The notes under the pieces: generated by a model
Told to the model about the DNA's origin: nothing
Database searches by the model: none
The model's input: only the letters and a program-made list of their open reading frames with translations
Translations under genes and position numbers: made by a program
Shown: positions 36,628 through 45,578 of the stretch, piece after piece
Layout: every line of letters starts with the position of its first letter
Position numbering within the stretch: position 1 is the stretch's first letter
Assembly (NCBI GenBank): GCA_963579905.1
Contig: CAUZIZ010000006.1
Span: forward strand, 1,707-65,706
From: Acidobacteria bacterium UBA6911
Lineage (GTDB): Bacteria; Acidobacteriota; UBA6911; RPQK01; JAJDTT01
Direction of reading: 5' to 3'
Length of the DNA stretch: 64,000 bases

Positions 36628-37258
36628 CTAGTCAGAGGTTTCGAAGATCAGGAACTTCTGTCTGGGGAGGAAGTCGAACTCCCTTTTCAGGTGGTCGCCT
36701 GCTTCCGTCATCCCTAGCAGAATCTGATCCCTTGCGACCCAATGTCCCAGCAGCTGCAAAATCCAGTGCAAATTGTCAAAGTCGACGATTGCCACGCTCC
36801 CGCCGGGCCTCAGATGACGGCGAGCCCTGGAAAAATACTGTGCTCGGTTCTGGATGTGGTGGTAGGTATTAGAGCTGAAGATCAAGTCAATGCCCGCTTC
36901 AGGAAGTAGCGGATCCTCCGGTTTTGCGGTAATTACCTGCACATTGTCGAGACCCCGAACCAGGGCCTCCTGCCTGACGTAATCATTCAGTCCCTCATCT
37001 AGATCGACTGCGAAGACGCGTACCTCCGGGACTAACCGATTTTTCCAGGCGGAAAGTGAAGTAGCCGCCTCCGGAGCCAATATCGGCGATCTGGCCTCCC
37101 TTCTGAATGCCGAGAGACTCCACAACTTGTTGAGGATGCTGCCATTCATCTCGATTCCAGCCTTCATAGTCCAGAACCTTTAACGTGGTACAGGCCGCTC
37201 CTCCGCTCAGCAGTAGAACAACCAGGTAAAACGGCCAGAGAGCTTTCATTTTGTTCAT
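36628..37258 (-). pseudogene. Class I SAM-dependent methyltransferase with a signal/lipoprotein-like N-terminus, frameshifted in an A5/T5 homopolymer
   Basis: Motif I ADIGSGGGYFTFRL is in one frame and the continuation VPEVRVFAVDLDEG...GGSVAIVDF in another. The switch is at the T5 run 37040-37044; with T4 the ORF reads through. Confidence 0.6.
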
Positions 37259-37319
37259 TGCTTCTCCTCTATCTCCGAGGGCCTTGACCTGAGCCCTTTG
37301 GACAACTAGCGTTAGAAAT

Positions 37320-38414
37320 ATGGTAAAGGAAAAGGCGTCCAGGAGACCAGATCGGAGAACCTTTCTTCTGGCACCGCTGGTTGCGCCGCTTGTCGGCATG
37401 AGTAGAAATTCTCTTTTCGGTGGGCCCGCAGCTGCACAGGAAGAGCCCCGGATCCCCGAGGATACGCAACCCGTCTATCCCGAATATCTCGCTCCCGAGA
37501 AGACCCGAGAAAAGCTGCTCGAACTCCTAGGAGTCGAGCTTCCCCCTGAAAGGGTCGAATTTGAAGCGGGACCCCGCGAAACCACCAGCGATGGCCTGCA
37601 GATCACTCGGCTGCGGTATCGGAACTCGCTGGGGGAGGAGGTCCCAGGTGCCTTGCTGCTTCCAATCGATGCCCCAGTGCGGTCGCTGCCTGGAATTGTT
37701 TGCATGTCGGGAACCAGAGGGGACACGGAGAGGCTGATTGAGCCAGGTTTCAAACGGGATCAACCTGGTCAGGGCCCGCTGAGAGGTTGGGCCAGGGAGT
37801 TGGCGCGCCGAGGTTTCGCCACACTCTCAATCACCCTACGGGGAACCGCTGCTCGGCGTACCAGTGTGAGCCATTGGGAGAGACATATTCGATTCCTGAT
37901 TCCCTATGGTCGCACGATTATGGGCGTCATGGTCGATGAGGCCCTCAGTGCGGCCAGGATTCTGGCCGCAAACCCCGCGGTGGAGGCGAATCGAATCGGC
38001 CTGACCGGTATGTCCCTGGGAGGCAATATCAGCTGGTACGGGATGGCCTGCGATCCAGCGATTCGGGCTGCGGTTCCAGTGGCGGGGTCAGTCGCAAGTC
38101 TGGCCGCCCTCATCCATGAGGGTGACACCAACCGACACAGCTCCTATATCTATATCCCACACCTGCTCCGTTACTTCGACCACCCCCAGATTGTTGCGCG
38201 TTGTATTTGTCCGCGGCCGTTCATGATCATCGCTCCCACCCGTGACGAGGATATGCCCCGTCGCGGTGTCGATGAAATGGTTCAGGTAGTGCGTGCGGCT
38301 TATGATGCCGCGGGTCACCCGGGGCGTTTCAAGGTGTATCAGCCCGATTCCAAGCACGTTTACAAGCGACAGTACTTCGAATGGATGACGGACTGGTTCA
38401 AGAAATATTGCTGA
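37320..38414 (+). CDS. Tat-signal alpha/beta-hydrolase (dienelactone hydrolase/acetyl-xylan-esterase-like)
   Basis: RRTFLLAPLVAPL Tat signal. GMSLGG nucleophile elbow. 364 aa. Confidence 0.8.
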   Translation: MVKEKASRRPDRRTFLLAPLVAPLVGMSRNSLFGGPAAAQEEPRIPEDTQPVYPEYLAPEKTREKLLELLGVELPPERVEFEAGPRETTSDGLQITRLRYRNSLGEEVPGALLLPIDAPVRSLPGIVCMSGTRGDTERLIEPGFKRDQPGQGPLRGWARELARRGFATLSITLRGTAARRTSVSHWERHIRFLIPYGRTIMGVMVDEALSAARILAANPAVEANRIGLTGMSLGGNISWYGMACDPAIRAAVPVAGSVASLAALIHEGDTNRHSSYIYIPHLLRYFDHPQIVARCICPRPFMIIAPTRDEDMPRRGVDEMVQVVRAAYDAAGHPGRFKVYQPDSKHVYKRQYFEWMTDWFKKYC

Positions 38415-38500
38415 GGGGGCCGGCCTCTGCCCAGGCACGCCCTTAGTGTACTGAGCCCTGGAAGTCCCGGGGATGTCCCCATCGATCCGGAGAAGAGAAC

Positions 38501-39688
38501 ATGCAGATTACCGAGGTCGAGTCCTTCGTTGTAGATGCTGGCTGGAGGCCTTGGGTCTTCGTAAAAGTCCAGACCAACACGGGTTTGGTGGGATACGGAG
38601 AATGCAGCGACGGCAAGAATCCCTGGGCTGTGGCAGGTGTGATCCAGGACCTCAAACCACTGCTTCTAGGGCAGGACCCGCGGCCCTACGAGATGCGCTT
38701 CTGGGAAATGATCCTGGGTTCACGGCAGAGTCCGGGTGGGATCGCTGCCAAAGGTATTGCTGGGATGGAGTTGGCACTATTGGACGTCAAGGCCAAGGCT
38801 CTGGGGATATCCGTGGTGGAGCTCTTCGGGGGACCGACGCGCGAGAAGGTTCGCCTCTACTGGTCCCACTGCGGTACCTCACGGGCCGAGCACAACCAGT
38901 ATCTGCAGGCACCGCCCCTCCGCAGTATGGAAGACATCTCGCTCCTGGGCAGGGAGGTCGTGGAGCGCGGCTTCACGGCGCTCAAGACCAACATCGTGTT
39001 CCCAGGAGAGCCGTCTTCCGTCTATATGCCGGGGTTCGGCACCGGTCCAGGTGTCACCGACCAGGTTGTCACTCCCGATCTCCTGGAGCATATCGAGACC
39101 CTGATCTCGACCTTCCGGGAAGCCGTGGGACCTGGGGTCGATATCAATCTCGATCTGAATTTCAACTTCAAACCCGAATCCTGTAAGAGGATTTCCAAAC
39201 TGCTGGAGCCCTACGATCTGCTCTGGCTCGAGATCGATATGTTCGATCACAAGGCGATACTGGAGATAAAGGAGTCCACCTCAACCCGCATTTGTACGGG
39301 AGAGAATCTCTACTACATGCGTGATTTCATTCCCTATTTCGAGAGTAGAGCGGCCGATGTGTTCATGGTTGATGTTCCTTGGAACGGCTTTTCCCAATCG
39401 AAGAAGGTGGGGGACCTGGCAAGTGTATACGAGCTGAACATAGCGCCCCACAACTACTACAGTCACCTGGCCTCTTTCGTGAGCGCAAGCCTCTGCGGCG
39501 TATTGCCGAATGTTCGCATCATGGAAATTGACGTAGACGATGTTCCTTGGAAAGACGACCTTGTCACCGCGCTACCTCAGATTGAGGATGGACACATGAG
39601 AATACCCGATGGACTCGGATGGGGTACCGACCTCGATGAAGATGAGCTCAGAAAACACCCTTGGGGAAGCAAACGATCGGCCTGGTAG
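38501..39688 (+). CDS. Enolase-superfamily (mandelate racemase/muconate lactonizing enzyme-like) sugar-acid dehydratase
   Basis: MR/MLE N- and C-domains. Metal-ligand-like region DINLDLNF...LEID...TGENL. 395 aa. Confidence 0.85.
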   Translation: MQITEVESFVVDAGWRPWVFVKVQTNTGLVGYGECSDGKNPWAVAGVIQDLKPLLLGQDPRPYEMRFWEMILGSRQSPGGIAAKGIAGMELALLDVKAKALGISVVELFGGPTREKVRLYWSHCGTSRAEHNQYLQAPPLRSMEDISLLGREVVERGFTALKTNIVFPGEPSSVYMPGFGTGPGVTDQVVTPDLLEHIETLISTFREAVGPGVDINLDLNFNFKPESCKRISKLLEPYDLLWLEIDMFDHKAILEIKESTSTRICTGENLYYMRDFIPYFESRAADVFMVDVPWNGFSQSKKVGDLASVYELNIAPHNYYSHLASFVSASLCGVLPNVRIMEIDVDDVPWKDDLVTALPQIEDGHMRIPDGLGWGTDLDEDELRKHPWGSKRSAW

Positions 39689-39701
39689 AGTGGCTGGTTC
39701 G

Positions 39702-41735
39702 TCAGCGGGCCCTGTCCTCACCCATTAGATGGTCCCAGTGCCGTCGGGCCTGGGTCAGGATCTGAGGCAGGTCTTCACTCAGCACATAGCCCTCAGCTGC
39801 CAGTCCTAGAGCGGCGTTGGTCACCAGGCCGACATACTCGGCGCGGCTCTGGTAGCGTGACGCGATTGAAGCACGCGGATCCCCTAGCCGCTTCCGCTCC
39901 TGCTCGGTCCGCGGAAAGGGTATGTAGCAGCCTTGAAAGCTCGACAGTCTGTTCGTTGGTCCAGAGGAGTCGTTGAAGAGATTCCATCCCGTGTACGTCG
40001 CCAACGGCACTGCCAAGTCCGGGAGGCGGATCCCGTCGATTTCGTTTCCGTCTTCGTCGACTGCCGGGACCAGAATTGGGAAGGCCCCTCCGACCTGGGG
40101 CGGTTGCAGCGTCACGATCCCCTCGCCTCGAAACCTCGGGCCGAAGTCGATCCGGTAGGCCTTGTGGATACGTTCGGGGAAGCTGATGCCCGGTAGTTGG
40201 GGGAAGGTCAAGTTCTCAAACCGGAGCAGCGTCTTTCGATCCAGGCGGGGATAGCGGCTGGCAGGCGGTGCTGTGTCTGACACGACCCAGTTGTCCAGAG
40301 CCCTCAAGAGCGCTCTCATCGACCAACGGAAATCCATTGGATTGCTGGGCTCTTGCCCCCTAGAGATAGCGGGTGGAAATGGTCCTGGGCCGTGTTGGCT
40401 TCCTGCAAAGTGATACATGCGGACGTTGTCCAGCATGGGTACGTCGCGCTGCCCGTCGATGGTCGTATGGGTTAGTGAGGCAGCTCGACCGAAGTACTCA
40501 TAGGAAGAATTTGTGTAGAAGATTTTGGGTCGGAATCGAGCTTCGGGAGAATGTGTGAGCAATCCATCCGTGATCCCGGTTTCGGGATCGGTCTGCTCCA
40601 CATCGGTGAAGGGGAAGATGTCGGTGGGGTAGAAGAAGTTTGCGTAGGGTTGAGCATCCCTCGAAGGCTGTGCAAAACGATGATTGAAGCTACCTCGACC
40701 AGCACCCGCCACGTGGGGGATGATGCCGTCGAAGGCGGGTCTCCCCTCCTCATCCTGGTTGAGACCGTGGTAGAGGAACGTTCTCAGAAAGCGTCCGCTC
40801 TGGGAGCTGCCAAACCCGAATGCCCGAGCGATAGTCCCTCGGAACATGGATAAGGCCTCGGAGCTACGGTTCTTCAAGTGGGAAATCATATCTCTGACAG
40901 CAACCATCCCCAGCCCGACGACTGGGGGATTCTCGGAGACGTAGACGACTTCGTAGATCTTGCCCGGCTCGAATCCACCCTGGAGAGAAACGTAGGCAAC
41001 ATCGGGCCTCAGCTGGCCATTTCGGAAGCGTGCGAACTTCCATTGTGAGCGCGGTATCTCGTGGCGTGCGGCCTCCACGTCGTCCCTGACAGTCAGCACG
41101 TTCTCCGAAGCCGCAGGATCGGCTGTGGGGTAGGGGATGTGGTTTCGATCGGAGAGGATATGATCCCGGGCTGTTTTCTTCACGACGAAATCACATCGCA
41201 CCAGACCTCGAATCGGTCGATTCCCATGGCGAGCGACTGGGGGATAGAGTCGAAGCCTACCCTTGATCGGTGGGGTGTCGAACTGCCAGCCCAGCCAGAG
41301 CACGGTGTATCCATGACGCATCAGGAATCCGTCTCCGAGCTCCGCTGCATTCTCAAAGTTAGAGCTCCTGCTGGCCCGATTGAAGTAGAGCAACAGAGCC
41401 TTTCCGCCGCGATTCGAGACTTCGAAGAACACAGCCCGGTTACCTCGCCGAATCTGTTTCGGCTTCAGTAGGAAAAAATCAGCCGAGAACTCGACCTCAC
41501 CGTCCGGATTCGTGGGGGCGTTATCGATATCCGTGATGCGTCGATTAGCTGGATGGGCCGGATCGATTGCATAGAGGATTCTGCCGCTGATCTTCTCATA
41601 GGGACCCGCTAGCCCGAACGACTTCCCGCCGATCAGATCCTCACGAGAACTGATCTCGAAACCGGTGACCCGGGCGAAGAGAGGGGAAGAGATCAAGAAG
41701 AACACCAGCCAGGAAGAAACGGATCGTAACCACAT
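39702..41735 (-). CDS. Secreted hypothetical protein, possibly alpha/beta-hydrolase-like
   Basis: 677 aa with a signal peptide and a GSSQSG elbow-like motif. No stops. Confidence 0.7.
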   Translation of the reverse strand: MWLRSVSSWLVFFLISSPLFARVTGFEISSREDLIGGKSFGLAGPYEKISGRILYAIDPAHPANRRITDIDNAPTNPDGEVEFSADFFLLKPKQIRRGNRAVFFEVSNRGGKALLLYFNRASRSSNFENAAELGDGFLMRHGYTVLWLGWQFDTPPIKGRLRLYPPVARHGNRPIRGLVRCDFVVKKTARDHILSDRNHIPYPTADPAASENVLTVRDDVEAARHEIPRSQWKFARFRNGQLRPDVAYVSLQGGFEPGKIYEVVYVSENPPVVGLGMVAVRDMISHLKNRSSEALSMFRGTIARAFGFGSSQSGRFLRTFLYHGLNQDEEGRPAFDGIIPHVAGAGRGSFNHRFAQPSRDAQPYANFFYPTDIFPFTDVEQTDPETGITDGLLTHSPEARFRPKIFYTNSSYEYFGRAASLTHTTIDGQRDVPMLDNVRMYHFAGSQHGPGPFPPAISRGQEPSNPMDFRWSMRALLRALDNWVVSDTAPPASRYPRLDRKTLLRFENLTFPQLPGISFPERIHKAYRIDFGPRFRGEGIVTLQPPQVGGAFPILVPAVDEDGNEIDGIRLPDLAVPLATYTGWNLFNDSSGPTNRLSSFQGCYIPFPRTEQERKRLGDPRASIASRYQSRAEYVGLVTNAALGLAAEGYVLSEDLPQILTQARRHWDHLMGEDRAR

Positions 41736-41770
41736 CTGCTAATTAGAGCGCCGGAATGATGGGAGAATCA

Positions 41771-41938
41771 AGTGGTGGCGTGAGCAGTGGTGGAGTAGTG
41801 TAGTGGTGCAGTAGTGTAGTGAGCAATGATCAGTCGATCGGTGCCCAGACAACAGCTACGGCTTGCAACTAATTCCTACGGATCACTCCACTACTCCACC
41901 ACTCCACTACTGCTCACTCCACTACTGCACCACTACAC
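41771..41938 (+). repeat. Heptad-arm inverted-repeat element (copy 1): AGTGAGC/AGTAGTG-type arms flanking a conserved ~45-nt core
   Basis: Arm1 GTGAGCAGTGGTGGAGTAGTGTAGTGGTGCAGTAGTGTAGTGAGCA. Core GATCAGTCGATCGGTGCCCAGACAACAGCTACGGCTTGCAAC. Arm2 CACTCCACTACTCCACCACTCCACTACTGCTCACTCCACTACTGCACCAC is roughly complementary to arm1. It fills the divergent intergenic region and ends at the cytochrome RBS. Confidence 0.75.
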
Positions 41939-41954
41939 CAAGGAGTATCAGTCC

Positions 41955-42602
41955 GTGATTCGCATCCCTATCCCTGCCGTGCTCTTGGTGCTTTTCTTCT
42001 CGGCCATCCTCTTGCGTGGCGAGCAGAAATTCTCACATCCCGTTCATTTGAAAAGGGGAGACCTTGAATGTAACGACTGCCATGGATCTGTTTCCGATAG
42101 CAAGGTTTCAGGCGACGATAACTTCCCCCAGGTCGAGACCTGTGTTCAGTGTCATGATGGCACCCGAGCGGTGGCGCTCGACCCCGCTGAATTCCGCTGG
42201 AAGCCGGTCGAAAGGACCTTCCGCTTCGACCACCAGTTCCACCTAAGGCTGGGAAATCTGGCACCCCTGCTGGCAAGCGCTATTGATTCGGGGAGGTACC
42301 TGGGACGGGTGGGCGGTATCCGAAAACATTTGGCGACGGAGAACCAGTGTGAAGCGTGCCATAGGGGCTTGGCCGAGAGAGACGACCACGGCATGCCCCA
42401 GATGTCCGACTGTCTCGTCTGCCATTCAGAGATCGACAACCCGTTCAGCTGTGAGACCTGCCATTTAGAGGGCATTCAGCTTCGCCCTGAGAATCACACC
42501 ATGGAATTCTTCGACGGCCACGCCTCGAAGGAGTTCGAGTACGATAAGACGACCTGTCTTCCCTGCCACGGGACCAATTTTTCTTGTCGAGGGTGCCACT
42601 AG
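41955..42602 (+). CDS. Multiheme c-type cytochrome (7 CxxCH motifs)
   Basis: AAGGAG RBS, GTG start, signal/anchor. Heme motifs CNDCH, CVQCH, CEACH, CLVCH, CETCH, CLPCH and CRGCH within ~215 aa. Confidence 0.85.
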   Translation: MIRIPIPAVLLVLFFSAILLRGEQKFSHPVHLKRGDLECNDCHGSVSDSKVSGDDNFPQVETCVQCHDGTRAVALDPAEFRWKPVERTFRFDHQFHLRLGNLAPLLASAIDSGRYLGRVGGIRKHLATENQCEACHRGLAERDDHGMPQMSDCLVCHSEIDNPFSCETCHLEGIQLRPENHTMEFFDGHASKEFEYDKTTCLPCHGTNFSCRGCH

Positions 42603-42944
42603 TCTTAAATATGTTTCACTTTATGTGATTGCTGTCACAAGAAGTGGCAAAGAAGGACGCTAGTATCCCGAAGTGCGGCCGGTTCGAAAGCGCTCTTCCA
42701 CGGAAGGGCGCAGCGAGAGTTGAGTATGCTAAAAGATTGCGAAAAAGCACAGCGTTCCTCCCAATACTCCCTTCCAAGAGATCCAGTGTGTAGCGCTGTG
42801 CTTGACCAGAATTCGAATCTGAACGACTGCTTGCCCTCGACCGAATCGGTCGCGCGACCCTTGCCTTCCTGATTGCGAAGCGGCAGAAGAAGAAGTAGGC
42901 GGATTCTCAGAGGCGGAAGCTGAGCGTCTCAGGCGTTGGGCCTG

Positions 42945-43313
42945 TCAGTCTTCCAGGTTGGTGGGAGTGGACTCTTCCTTGAATCGGTCCAAGGCGTCGT
43001 CCTCGCTCTCGTAGACATCCAGAAGAGGTAAAAGCTGGCTGAGCGAGAGCACGTGCTTTACCCTGTCACCCACCCGCAGAAGTTTCACCGAACAGTTGAA
43101 TCGTTTAGCCAGCTTGATGCCGGCTACCAACTCACCGATCCCGGCGCTGTCGATCCAGGAAACTCCTGAAAGATTTATGAGTACCTTTTGCCAGCCTTCA
43201 GCGAGAAGCTCATTCATGATGTCTCTGAGCAGCTGCTCCCCGACTCCCACGACCAAGCGACCCTCGAGGTCGACAATGACAACATCACCAGATTTTCGAA
43301 CATCGACATGCAT
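42945..43313 (-). CDS. STAS-domain anti-sigma-factor antagonist (SpoIIAA-like)
   Basis: 122 aa; VIVDLEGRL...SWIDSAGIGELV STAS signature. Confidence 0.85.
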   Translation of the reverse strand: MHVDVRKSGDVVIVDLEGRLVVGVGEQLLRDIMNELLAEGWQKVLINLSGVSWIDSAGIGELVAGIKLAKRFNCSVKLLRVGDRVKHVLSLSQLLPLLDVYESEDDALDRFKEESTPTNLED

Positions 43314-43462
43314 CGCTGTCTCTCCTACGAAAACAAAACTGCGAGCCAGGGCGTCTCACTAGACAGGCTAGTCGGGTACGAGCCGGGAAAAGTATAGCAC
43401 GGCAATAACCTGACGTCCCGCCAACTCCAGGGGTGTCGAAGTTCTGACCGAAAATCGGGAGG

Positions 43463-43729
43463 CTAACGGCAATCGAGACTCTTAGGCGGAGTACGCGAGC
43501 AGGCCATGCCCCCGGTCCTGGTAGAGGCCAACAAGGCACAGGCAACGTCGGTAGCGGTACGTTGGGCCTCTTCTCGTGTGGCTCCAGAGGCGGTGCGGCA
43601 AAGAGTATTACCCTTGAATTCGATGCACACGTCACAGCTGAAAACGTCCAGACTCATCGTCGAATAGAGAAGATACCCCACGAAGGCTAATGTTCCCACA
43701 ATAGCTAAGACCTTGTTCTGCGTTGCCAT
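43463..43729 (-). CDS. Small membrane protein, hypothetical
   Basis: 88 aa, N-terminal TM helix, Cys-rich. Possibly a real gene. Confidence 0.35.
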   Translation of the reverse strand: MATQNKVLAIVGTLAFVGYLLYSTMSLDVFSCDVCIEFKGNTLCRTASGATREEAQRTATDVACALLASTRTGGMACSRTPPKSLDCR

Positions 43730-43874
43730 AGTTCTCTATTGTACCAATCACCGGAACAGGTATTGGAGCCTTTTCCGGTTACGGCAGAAGTCCACCAGCT
43801 TCCGGGATTGACATCAGGGGGGCTAAGTGATCCAATTTCGATTCGAAATCCAACAACTTTTTGAGGTGGACTGA

Positions 43875-44729
43875 ATGCAAGTAGGCTATGGCGAGTATAG
43901 GTACGAGGCAGTATCGGACTGGGCGAAATTACCTTCTGGCTGGACCTTCGGCTGGATTCCAGGTGTGGCGGTGGACAGCCAGGATCGCGTTTACGTGTAC
44001 AGCAGAAGTGAGCATCCAATGGTGGTTTTTGATCCGGATGGGAACTTCTTGACGTCGTGGGGTGACGATGTCCTGGTGAGCGCCCACGGAATCTTCATCG
44101 ACAGTGCCGACAATATCTACTGTACAGAGTGGAGTTCTCATTGCGTTCACAAGTTCAACTCTGAGGGACAGCTCCAATGGACTTTGGGAACCCCCGGTGT
44201 TCCCAGACCACCAGGGCTTCCCTTCAATCTCCCGACCGACCTGGCAATAGCCCCTGATGGCTGTTTCTTCGTCAGCGACGGATACGTGAACTCGAAAGTG
44301 CACAAATACTCCGCAGAGGGAGTCCTACTCTTCAGCTGGGGCGAACCCGGGACTGGTCCTGGACAGTTCAACCTCGTCCACAGCGTTTGGGTCGATTCCG
44401 ACTATCAGGTCTACATCTGTGACCGCGCGAACAACCGAATCCAGATTTTCGACGGAGACGGCCGATTCTTGCGGGAGTGGACCGGATTCCTTCAACCTGA
44501 CAAGTTGTGGTTCGATGAAAGCGAAACCATCTTCATGGCAGAGATTCGTCATCGGGTGACGATTCTCGATCGTCAGGGAGAAATTCTGTCGCAGTGGGGT
44601 GAGGCGGGTGACCAGCCCCATCAATTTCGCACCTACCCTCATGGCATTTGGGGGGACAGCAAAGGAGACCTCTACGTCAGCGAGGTGGCCTCAGACGCGC
44701 AGCTGAAGAAGTTTGTTCGGCAGCGTTAG
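43875..44729 (+). CDS. NHL-repeat beta-propeller protein
   Basis: Repeated VYVxD/IYxTE NHL-like blades. 284 aa. Confidence 0.8.
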   Translation: MQVGYGEYRYEAVSDWAKLPSGWTFGWIPGVAVDSQDRVYVYSRSEHPMVVFDPDGNFLTSWGDDVLVSAHGIFIDSADNIYCTEWSSHCVHKFNSEGQLQWTLGTPGVPRPPGLPFNLPTDLAIAPDGCFFVSDGYVNSKVHKYSAEGVLLFSWGEPGTGPGQFNLVHSVWVDSDYQVYICDRANNRIQIFDGDGRFLREWTGFLQPDKLWFDESETIFMAEIRHRVTILDRQGEILSQWGEAGDQPHQFRTYPHGIWGDSKGDLYVSEVASDAQLKKFVRQR

Positions 44730-44771
44730 GATGGATGTCTAGTGCTTTCAGGTCACCGAGGAGACTGAGCT

Positions 44772-45578
44772 GTGATGGGCTCAGCTGGAGGTAAGACCAT
44801 GTATCGAAGATCCCATTTAACCGTAGTTCAGATTGTTGTCCTCTGTCTGTTTCTGGCCTCAGTGCAGTATTGCCGGGACCACGAGCAGGAGATGGCCGAC
44901 AAAGACTTCGAAGCGGCGCTTAAGGAAGACACCTCGGCAGCAAATGCCTTGACGTCCGAGGAGCGAGCTGAAGGGTGGGAATTGCTCTTCGATGGTACCA
45001 GTCTCGACCATTGGCGTGGCTTCAAACAGCAAGGTATTCCCATAGGCTGGGTGATCAGGGGCGGCGCCATTCATTTTTCGGGAGGGGAACAGGGCGGAGA
45101 CATCATCAGCAGGGAGCAGTACCAGGACTTTGAGCTGAAGGTGGAGTGGCGGGTCTCTGAGGGTGGCAATAGCGGAATCTTTTTTCATGTGAGTGAGGAC
45201 TTCGATCGCGCCTGGGAATCCGGGCCGGAAATGCAGGTGTTGGACAATGACCGTCACCGAGATGGCTCCAAGCCGGAGACTCGAGCGGGCACGAACTACG
45301 CGCTCCATCCAGCTTCCCAGGAGGTGGTTAAACCAGCAGGAGAGTGGAATCAGTTCGGACTCATAGTCAACGGAGCTCACGTCGAGCACTGGGTGAATGG
45401 CAAGGAAATCGTGGGATACGAATTGTGGAGCGAGGACTGGAAGGAAAGGGTGGCCAAGAGCAAGTTCGCCGCGATGCCGGCCTACGGCCAGAGCAAGACC
45501 GGCCACATTGCACTACAGGATCATGGAGATCCCGTCTGGTTCCGGGCAATCAAGATCCGCCGTCTCAACTCGGAATGA
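44772..45578 (+). CDS. DUF1080 (3-keto-disaccharide hydrolase/LamG-like) family protein
   Basis: WELLFDGTSLDHWRG ... GNSGIFFHV ... GHIALQDHGDPVWFRAIKIRRL are classic DUF1080 blocks. Signal peptide. A possible later start lies at 44799. Confidence 0.85.
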   Translation: MMGSAGGKTMYRRSHLTVVQIVVLCLFLASVQYCRDHEQEMADKDFEAALKEDTSAANALTSEERAEGWELLFDGTSLDHWRGFKQQGIPIGWVIRGGAIHFSGGEQGGDIISREQYQDFELKVEWRVSEGGNSGIFFHVSEDFDRAWESGPEMQVLDNDRHRDGSKPETRAGTNYALHPASQEVVKPAGEWNQFGLIVNGAHVEHWVNGKEIVGYELWSEDWKERVAKSKFAAMPAYGQSKTGHIALQDHGDPVWFRAIKIRRLNSE

